In this document: positions 54,098-64,000 of the stretch, piece after piece
How positions within the stretch are numbered: the first letter of the stretch is position 1
Layout: every line of letters begins with the position of its first letter
NCBI GenBank assembly: GCA_016748015.1
Contig: JAAOMT010000603.1
Span: forward strand, 415,532 to 479,531
Origin: Geosiphon pyriformis uo1
Taxonomy: Eukaryota; Fungi; Glomeromycota
DNA: 64,000 nt
Direction: 5' to 3'
Translations under genes and position numbers: made by a program
Notes under the pieces: generated by a model
Told to the model about the DNA's origin: nothing
The model's input: the letters and a program-made list of their open reading frames with translations, nothing else
Database searches by the model: none

Positions 54098-54631
54098 ATG
54101 AAGCAATTTTTATTCGTCGTTTATTTTAATCATTACCTCTTGATTATTTCAATATTTTTATCTTTTTTTATTTTAGTCATTAAAAGTTCATCAATTAATG
54201 AAATAGTATACCCAATTGATTCGGAGGGAATTTTTTCGGTTGACATACTCTATGTCCAGAAAAATGGAACAATTTTGCTAGAATGTTATTATGAAGATCA
54301 CCATTATGATGCACACTTTAAACTTACGTCTGACGGTCGATTGTCTCGAGCCGAAGAAAAATATTATCGAGACAAGAGTAATATAACTGAAATTTATCCT
54401 CTTAACTCTGATTATCTTTTGGTAGAATATGAAAATCAAGGCAAAATATACTCATGGAATGGAACATTAGTTCAAAGGTTTCTATTAAATAACTCTTTAA
54501 AATAAAATCCCCTTAATTTTTTGAAAATAGTATTGATAATAAATAACGCTTTTCTCTAGTGATAGTATAGAATTAGCTACAGGGAACAACTCGTTAATAA
54601 ATAATATCCAAAATGACAAATTTCTTATTTG

Positions 54632-54672
<41 letters not shown>

Positions 54673-57460
54673 TAACAGAAATAGGGTGGACTATTTATAA
54701 TACTCCGTAAGTTAATAAATATAAGTTTTGAAAATATTCAATATATAAATCCAAATAATTTTTCCATATTTAATTTATATCTAGGACTGAATCCAATCAA
54801 AATGTCAATCCAATTTTTAATTCTACAATACTTAAATTGGAAGGAAATTTGACATCTAATTCCTTTTTTGCCACAACTGAAGGAGGCTTTGGATATGCAT
54901 ACATTGTTAATAATTCTCCCATTATTGATTCTCCCAGTATAAACTTGAAAACATATTCGGTATATGTCACATTTTGGGAGCCAGAAACAACTGACTTTGG
55001 TCTTCATTTTCTACTCGATCAATATGACGGAAATGATTTGAGTTTTGGATCATGTGATCCTCAAATAGATGGTTTGGGTCATTATTGTTCCCTGGAGCTA
55101 AGAACAACGGAATTTGGAATTAAAAAAACCCGTGGATTTACGATATCATTTCTTCAAAGTGGAGCAGTATTAAAATATGACACGAATTATCAATTTCTTA
55201 GCAACGACTCTTGGGAGTCAAATTCGACATCTTCAAAAACATATCCACTGCCTTATGGGGGAAAAATTACTCAAACCCAGAAATCGGATAATTCTAGCGT
55301 ATTTAATTTAAGTGATCAATTTGGAAACCAGAAGGAGTCATGGAACATTTGGCAAGACACTTTGATTATTTTACCAAACAATACTTTCTTAGCTGCTAAA
55401 TTCGAGAAGAACCATATTATAATATATTCCAAGAATTTACCACATTTTTTAAAAAACGGTAAGATCGAATGATGATATTTTTATAGAGTTTCATAATTTT
55501 TATTAATTTTTTTATTTGTATAGACACTGGATATGAAAATCCTTTGATCGAAATTACTTACCCTCGTCTTAATACGATAATTCCATTTGGGTGGCGCGAA
55601 ATAAATATCACTTATTCTAATGAAATCTCATTATCCAACAACAATAACAACAATATTTCTATTTATCAAATCAATGAGACTATACCAATTCTACGACAAA
55701 GTATCTCTGGAAAGAATTGTCGTGTGGGTTCGGATAAGAAAACTATCATAGTAGAAACAATATTAGAAAGTACATTTAATCAACCGGATAAAGATTATTT
55801 TATAGTCGTCGATAATAATTTTGTAAAAGATGCAAAATATAAGGAAGCCATTAAAGGAATCCGTAGAAATATTTGGCAATTTAAAACAGGTAAATGTACA
55901 TTTTTTTATTTTTTTGCTTTCTAGGAGATTCATTTTAAAATTTCATTCATTCATTCATTCATTAATTCGTTCGCTCGTTTGTTTAGATGGACGAGAAAAA
56001 AGCAAACATGCAGGTAAGAAGGTTTATTGCTTATTTTCTTTTAAAAATATTGAATATCGTTGTCTAACTAAAATACATAATGTTTATTAATTTAAGCTAC
56101 CCTGACTGGACTTTTGCGTCTGAATACAAATGGAACTTCGAATTTCACCGAAAGTAGAAACAGCAGTGGATTTTTCGAGACACTTGAAGATCAATTGGCT
56201 TTAACCATTCCAGTTGAAAGACATCGTATCGAAATCATTGATCATAAGACTGATAAATCAGGATCAGCAGGCCAAGAAATATTACAACTCAAAATTTCCT
56301 CAATAAACGATAAATTGGAAAGAAATCCTATGGAAATTGCAAATGATCTCGATACAATGGTTAAAAAGAAATGGCTCAGTCCTATTAGCATTTATTCACA
56401 TACAGGTTTTTTAGATGAGGCTTACGGGTTCCAAGTTAAACGTGAGTGATCATAATTTAATCTTCAATACTTGATTTCTATTAAATTACATATCTAAAAT
56501 ATCTGTACTTACACTATTTCTTTAGCCAATCTTTGGGAAGAAAATAAATTAAATTTAATTGCGATTGCTATTATTGCAGTAACATTAATGGCTCTATATT
56601 TTATAGGAAGAAAGAAAAATCCCGAGGTATATAACTTTTTATTATAATTAGAGTATATTAGAATTATTGCTGGTTTGAAATTTAAAATTAAACAAATATT
56701 TAATAACTTTTACAATTTTAGGGTAAAAATTTTATAATTATTTTTATAACATTGATTTTAGTCGATGTTGTAGTCGACATCATATTTGTTATAAATAATG
56801 GAAAAGATGTGAGAGATTTATATTTACTAAGGTAATCCTCAAAATTTTCAAATCTTTAAAAAATTCCTTAAAATCTGCAAAAATCTTATTAATTCTTTTA
56901 TCAATTAGCATTCTTTTCCTAGTTATATCTTTTGTTTTTAATAGTGGACTAGCAGTGTACATCGTAATTACAGAGATTACCATAAATTATGAATATGTTT
57001 TGTGGTTACGGAAACATGCAAAACCCGCTGCGTTATTTACTCTGCTCTCCGCTGCCGATATTGATGCTCTAAATCTCCTCTATTCGAAATATGCCAACTT
57101 TGATATTTTTAATGCCCCAATATCTAACAGAGTTGAAGATTTAATCTTCTGGGGTAGTGGTATTAATATTTTCATTGAAGATATTCCACAATTTATAATT
57201 CAGGTACGTTTTAGCTAAATGAAATTTTCAATGGTTGATTAGATTAAATATCTTACATAATTATTTTCAAATAGGTTATTTATTATCGAAATACTTTCGC
57301 ATATAATATTATTCCTTTAATAAGTCTTACTATGAGCTCAATAATTTTGAGCATGAATTTAATTTCTCGAATTTATGGCGTTTTTATTTGGTTCCGTGTT
57401 CAAAACGAATGGTCATCGATTAAATCCCAGGAAATAATTGAATTAAATTCCATTAAATAG
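54098..57460 (+). CDS. Membrane protein: N-terminal signal/TM, extracellular region with bacterial Ig-like (Big_5-like) domain, C-terminal multi-TM domain; multi-exon
   Basis: Hydrophobic N-terminus; ITYP..N..IP...INITYSNEISLS..NISIYQ...ILRQ..STFNQPDKDYFIVVDNNFVK...IWQFKT; LLSAADIDALNLL...FNAP...IFIEDIPQFIIQ; GT-AG introns; TAG at 57458-57460. Confidence 0.8.
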
Positions 57461-57729
57461 AATTCTAGCCATAAATTTAATTATTTATTTTACAATATTA
57501 TTTATTAATTTATCTTAATTTTTAATTTTTAATTTTTTGAATATAAAATAATTTTGTTACTTTGCAATTTTTTTTTCATATCACAAATGTTAATACATTT
57601 ATTTTTATTTCTATATATTAAAATATATGTTTTAATATTTAAAAATAATTGAATATTGTTTTTTTAATATATAAATTTTACATAAAATAATAAAAAATAA
57701 ATTTTTTAAGGAAAGAGAGAAATAATTGT

Positions 57730-57762
57730 TTTAACATTAATTATTTTATTGCAATAATTAGG

Positions 57763-57797
<35 letters not shown>

Positions 57798-58262
57798 AGG
57801 TTGAATTCTAGCTAAGATTACTATTGGAAGATATCTTATTGTAAAATTTTTATTAACAAATTACATTTTTTGACATAAAAAAGCTCTTTTTTTATACAAG
57901 TTTTCATTATACTATTATATGTTTTTGAAATTTTTGCAATATTTACTAATTTCTGTAAATAAATATGAATTTCAATGTACTATTCATTATTTCGAACTTT
58001 GATCAATTTCAACCTGAACTAATTGAACTTTGTTTAAATTTACTTGAAATCTATCTAAAATGCATGAATTTGAGTCTGAACTGCTTGAACTTTTTTGAAT
58101 TTTATCCTAAACTGCTTGATCAATACTAATTTCAAAATGAATAATTGAATAAATAAGTAATAAATAATTAGATAAATAAATAAATAAACTAATAAATAAA
58201 AAAACAGCAGATTTGTAAATTTTTATGATAAAAATACTGTACAGAATTCTTTTAGTAATTAC
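57730..58262 (-). repeat. Degenerate partial LTR of a related family
   Basis: TACATTTTTTGACATAAAAAAGCTCTTTTTTTATACAAG resembles the LTR TATA region; ends AATTCTTTTAGTAATT like the LTR terminus. Confidence 0.4.
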
Positions 58263-59539
58263 TTAAAAAAAAATATAACAGATTTTATTTTAATATCTTT
58301 ATTTATTTATTTATTTTATATTGTTAATGTAGATGCAAAAGCTAAAGTAATAAGTAAGATTAAAATATTTGAAGACTTATAATAAAAGCTTTTTACAATA
58401 AATTTATGGTTTTATAACAATTAAGAAACTTAATGCCTAAATACAAAGATAAATATATAATGTTTTTAAAATTAAAATATTAATAATAATTAATAAATTC
58501 AGTTATAATTATTAATTAAAATAAAAATACAACAATACAATATATAATTATAATTATAATTAAGTAATGTACTATTTGTTTTAATATAAAATTTAATTTA
58601 AATTAAGACAACTATTTATTTGATTTTTTAAAAGTCTTATTATTTATACTTAATTGTATAAAAATAAGATTTACTTTTTTTAATAAAATAATATTAGTAA
58701 AAAAAATACAAACATACATAATTTTTTATATGTGAGAAAGTTTTAATGAATGTTTATAAATGTGTTTTTTTATTTAAATCATTTTTATTTACTTGTTTTT
58801 TTTTTTGTTAAATAATGTAGTAATAAAAATACATGTTTTTTAAAAATTTGATAACAAAATTATTTTTGGATTCTTTGTAATAATTTTTGGAAATACATAA
58901 ATTATTTTTTTTAAAATTTGTGGTTTTTTTTTCACACTATTTTTTTAAGTGATATAAAAATTGCTGGTAAAAAAATAATAATAGCATCAAATGTCTTACC
59001 AAAAAGTTTTATATTGTAAAAAAAATTAATATTTTATTTCAAATAATAAAATTTCTAAATTATATATATAATCAGCTATGGAAATCTTTTTTTTTTTGCA
59101 AATTTTTTCGGTTCCTAAATCTTTACTTTTTACTTTTTTATTTTATTTAATAATTATCCTTTATATAGTATCAATTTAAAATAATCTACTTGATTATATT
59201 TATTTTTAGTTCATATCTGATGAAACTAGATTAAAATTTAATTTTCAATGAAAATATTTATATAACTTTATTTCGCTAGCTGGGAAATTTAAATTAATTA
59301 TATCTTATTTGATTAAAGGTCCTCCATTGTCTTGTTGCTATTTTTTAATACAAAATAAAGCTGCTTTTCTATATAAATTTAAATCATTCTCATATTATTT
59401 ATCGATTTCGAAAATGATTATACTTTTATAAATAATTGGGTGATCTAAACTTTAGCCTGACCTAAAAAAGCGAATAATAAAAAATTTCATTTCTGATTCT
59501 GATTTAACTTAAAATAAGTTTATTAATTATCAAGAATTT

Positions 59540-61040
59540 TCTAGCATCAATCAATGGTATACACCGCCCACCCAATTGATTATTCAAAGGATAGAAAAAA
59601 TAAAAAAGCTCTAATTATCTTTTCGTAGAATAGGAATATTATTTCAAATGTGTTTTCAATTAACTCTTAAAGATAAATCTACTTAATTTAATCTATTTAA
59701 TACTTTATAAAGTGATGTGAAATTGGTTAGATGAAAGAAACTTATAATAGAAAATATACAAGACAATAATCAAAAACCAAATAGGGTATATTCAATATTA
59801 AATTTGGATCCAAAACCCACTTCAATGAAAATATTAAACTAACAGATTGTTCTATAAAGTTTGGACTTGCCGCGTCTTTCTTTACAGTTCTCATCTTTTG
59901 AATCAGCATATATTGCAAATTTAAATATAAAAATAAAATTAGCATTTTTTTAAAAGGTATTTAATTGCACACTTTTAACTTGAACTCTCAAAATATAACC
60001 AATTATACGTATAATTTGGCTCTGAAAAACTTAAGTAAAATAATAATAATAATCAATAATAATTAAAAATTTCACATAATTTTTCAAAGACATGGATGAT
60101 GTTTTTTTACAATCAAATTTTAGCAAGATTGAACAATTTAACGTGATTTAACTTTATTTAATCCTCTAAAGTTCCCATTCTGCTACGTTAATTGGTACCC
60201 ATGGAAAAACCGAGATAGAACCTTGGATATAACCCAACAATTCGATGTTTTCTTAAGATCGTGGAAAAAAGTGGAGTCTTCAAATACTGGAAGTGAAATA
60301 GGAATTAATCCAATGCCTGAAAATTCTTTATTTTATTTCAATAATACTTTATCACACTGGTTAAATTCAGATACGACTATAATTAATAAATCATTATCAT
60401 CATCTCTATGTGTCGTCTTGAATATATATTTCAATAAGCATCAACAAGCATCAATAATTCAATCATATATTTTATTTGGTGTTCAACGTTATATTAATTA
60501 TTAGTATATATAAATTTATTAAGAAACCACTGAATTCGGTACAATTCAAAATAACTGGTCTTTTGCTTATGTTTCTAAAATAGTCTAATGTGTGCTATGG
60601 AAGAATAGGATATTCTAAAAACCTATTAAGAAATGGAAAAATTTATGTTATTATAGTTTATAACGAGCCTAAATTAGAATTGGTTCCTATGCAGTTTTTA
60701 ATACTAATAAATTTTTATGGTCGAGTTAGATAGCGTAGGTAAAGAAATTTTATAAATGTTTCATTTCTTAAAATTTATTATTATTAATTAGATAGTTGAT
60801 GAAAATATCCCACCATCTCATAGATTTCACGGAACTGTTGCAAGTAAGCTGTTTAAAAAAATTGAATCCCTTATTTTTGTGACATTTCAGTCATTTATTT
60901 ACAAAAACTTCGAAAAATCTTTTCATAAATTCGAATAGCATGGTTATAATAATATTTGGTGGTCCAGATGTTTCGGCAGTACACTATTATAATGATTTTT
61001 ACATTCTAAACACGTTAGCTTCAGTATGATATGGTCTTTT
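59540..61040 (+). pseudogene. Kelch/galactose-oxidase repeat gene remnant
   Basis: Fragments HTAT (~59560), SHSATLIG (~60175), LDITQQF...SW (60223), PPSHRFHG (~60810) and IIIFGGPD...YNDFYILNTL..* (~60945-61030), with stops and frameshifts. Confidence 0.6.
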
Positions 61041-62499
61041 CACTCAATGAAAGGGCAAATATCCGTGTTACTTTAGTAGATAAATGTAATGCAATAAGAA
61101 AAAAGTAAAAAATAATTTTTTTTAGAGTTAATAATTAATTAACTTCAAAGTTATTAATTTATAATATAATAGTAAAAAGAGAATTTTGGTTCTTGTTAAT
61201 TATGTTTTTGAAAAAAAAAAATTTGTTTTAATAAATTGTATTTATTTTAAATATAAAATAATTTTAATTTGAATTGAAATTCATTTCTTAAATATATTTT
61301 TAAGTAGTATTATTTTGAGCTTTGACATTATTATTTTACAAATTTTTTTAAAATAAATGTAAATTTTACCAACTATTGAAAATTTCAACAAACTTCTTAA
61401 TATTGCAAAGTTTAAAATAATGTATAATTTAATTTGGAATAGATTGTTACGTGTTGAAACTATATAATTTACATTTATAGTTATAGGAATTTTGTAAACA
61501 ATAAAAAAACTACACTTTATTAAAATTATTGCTTTGGTAAAATTTTATAGTAATAAAAGCAATAAAAAAATAAAAACAACAATTTAAATATAAAATTTAA
61601 TAATACTTGTAAATTATATAAATTAGATTATTAATAAAGTAAAAAAAATTATAAACAAATTAAATAATTAATATTAAAAAAATATTTGTTAAAATTTCAA
61701 TTCTATTTTTTACAAAAAATAAGCCTTTTTTTTTACACAAAACATATTTAATATTATTTTTAATTTACATAGAATATTTGTATATTTTGCAAAAATTTTA
61801 ATAAATTTAAACTTAATTACATGTTTTTTAACAAATTTTTTATGTATAATATCTAATTATTTTTATAAATTAATATTAATTTTGTTTAATACTATTAGTT
61901 AATAATAATAATTAATTTCAAAATAAGTAAATAAATAAATAAATAAATAATAAATAAGAATGTTTTTTTAGTAACAAAGTAAAAAAATATAATATTAAGT
62001 ATAATAAAATAAAATATTTAAATTATATATTTATATATATATTAAATTAAAACTTAAAAGTCAAAATTTAAAATTTAAAATAAAATTTTAATAAAATTTG
62101 AGTATTGTTATTGGCTAAAATTTAACTCATAAAATTTTTTTTTAAATTTTATTATCAATTAATATAAATTATTATTTTATATTTAAAAATATAATTTTTT
62201 ATTTTTTAATTATTTTAATAAAATTATTACCATTTAAACAATTTTTTTCTAAATAAAAAATTAATATTAAACTTTAAATTTTAATAAATTATAAATTAAA
62301 CTTTGAATAATTAATTATATATAATTTTAGAATAACTTTTTTATTTTTATATTATATTTAATAAGTAAAATCTAAATATTATTTAATAAAATACATTAAA
62401 TTAAGTAATTTAAACTATATATAAATTATACATATTTTATATATAACTAGTTATTTAAATTGATTAAAATAACATTATGTTTTTATATAAACAAAAATT

Positions 62500-64000
62500 A
62501 TATTACTTATATCTAAAAAAAACAAATATAATATACATGTGCTAAAACTAATACCAAAAGTCTTAGCAATCTTAAGCATTTTAATTATATTACTAAACAG
62601 TATAGATAAAAAATTCAATATTCAAAAAAACCAATTTATTATACAAAATTAAATCATTGTTCTATAATAAACCAATATTTAAAATAAATAAACCAGATTT
62701 TTTTTTACTTACTAATACAAAATTATACATAAAATTCACAATCTTATTAACAATAATCTTAGTATTTTTAAAAACAAATAAAAACTTTTATATAAAGTTA
62801 TATATATAATAATATTAAAAAAACAATTAAAACATATATAATAATAATTTACATAAATCAAACATAGTTTTTTATGCAATAATATATAAATTTAATAAGT
62901 TTTTCTATATTATAGCATCTATTTTACATAAAAAAATAATTTAAAAATTTAACTTTGCTATAATATAAACACAATATAAATTCTTACAGATAGTTATAAG
63001 CAACTAATAATATAAGATTTTTATAAAATAAAATTGTATACCAATTATAGTTTTGCTTATAAAACTGGCTGCCATATAAAAATCTGAATATTATATTAAT
63101 AATGACCAAATTCAGTTAATATTTTCAATTAAATAACTATTCAAGACTCTAATATTAGAACCAACTTCTCAATAAACATAATAAATTGTTCAAAAAATTC
63201 TATAAACAAAATATTTTGTGTTTTTAATACAACTATCTTATTAGTTTTAATAAATTGTTTTTAAATATAGACCAAAAGCATTATGTTTAAGAAAAAAATA
63301 GCATTAATCAATGCATTAATTTTTTTATTGTCTAAAATACCAAAATAATTTTTAACTTTATACTAATTAACATGTAAATTTTTTTCTGATAACATTTAAA
63401 ATATAATATTGTTTAATTCAATAGTAATTACAAAAATCTGACAATATTATGTTTAATTTTAAAGAATATGTATTCAAAACTGCTTGGCTATTAAATTTTA
63501 TTTTAATTATATAGAAAAAAAAAACACATTTTAAAGCCAGTACAATAATTTGTAGTTTGGCTATTATAAAAAAACCAAACCAAATAATTTAATATTTATA
63601 TTCAAATTTAAATTTTAAAAAAATACTACAATACTTGTTATTATATTAATTGTATTTAAATTATTTAAAAAACTATTAATGTAAATAGAAAAACAGATTA
63701 TATTAATACTAAGTAACTAATTATAAATGAAACCAAATTTATCTAAAACCAAAATATTTAAAAACTAAAAATTAATAACCAAAAATAAATTAATATAGTA
63801 AAAAGCTAAGTCATTTAAAAATTTAATTGTCAAAATAAATTGTCTAAAAACCAAGTCTTAAAAATCCAATTTTTTTTAATATTTGAAAATTTTTTAGTTA
63901 AAAACACCACTATTTTTATTATGTAATTGTTTAATAAAAGTAATATTAAATTACTTAAAAAAATATTTTGAAAAAAACCATGTTATTCAAAACTATTAAC
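62500..64000 (-). mobile_element. Heavily AT-mutated LINE ORF2 remnant (APE to RT), runs off the window
   Basis: The minus strand resembles NNMVF (63975-63990), APE GLDN/KFK motifs and RT-region motifs of the 9217-15830 copy. Confidence 0.5.

Noticed and set aside
1-64000. CRISPR array, rRNA or prokaryotic operon
   Set aside because: No repeat-spacer array or rRNA motifs were seen; genes contain spliceosomal introns.

Overview
Eukaryotic fungal genomic DNA with short AT-rich GT-AG introns. Gene families and transposon types suggest Glomeromycotina, possibly Geosiphon-like (inference). Small gene islands carry the PRP4 3' part, an Stc1-domain gene, CSTF1, an unknown S/P-rich gene, eIF1A, an Ig-like/multi-TM protein and a kelch pseudogene. 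They are separated by transposon graveyards: a full-length Ty3/gypsy element (dUTPase, Cys-rich domain, extra ORF3) inserted in a LINE fragment, a near-intact APE-RT-RNaseH LINE, progressively more AT-rich LINE copies, and nested solo LTRs. Two main discoveries: (1) a decayed IS607-type element upstream of eIF1A, with a serine-recombinase TnpA remnant and a Fanzor2/TnpB RNA-guided nuclease pseudogene carrying an NLS-like patch, a candidate spliceosomal intron and a 3' hairpin; (2) a pervasive C:G->T:A hypermutation of repeats that is not limited to CpG (RIP-like) and spares the genes and the Fanzor locus. All translations, alignments and counts were done by eye.
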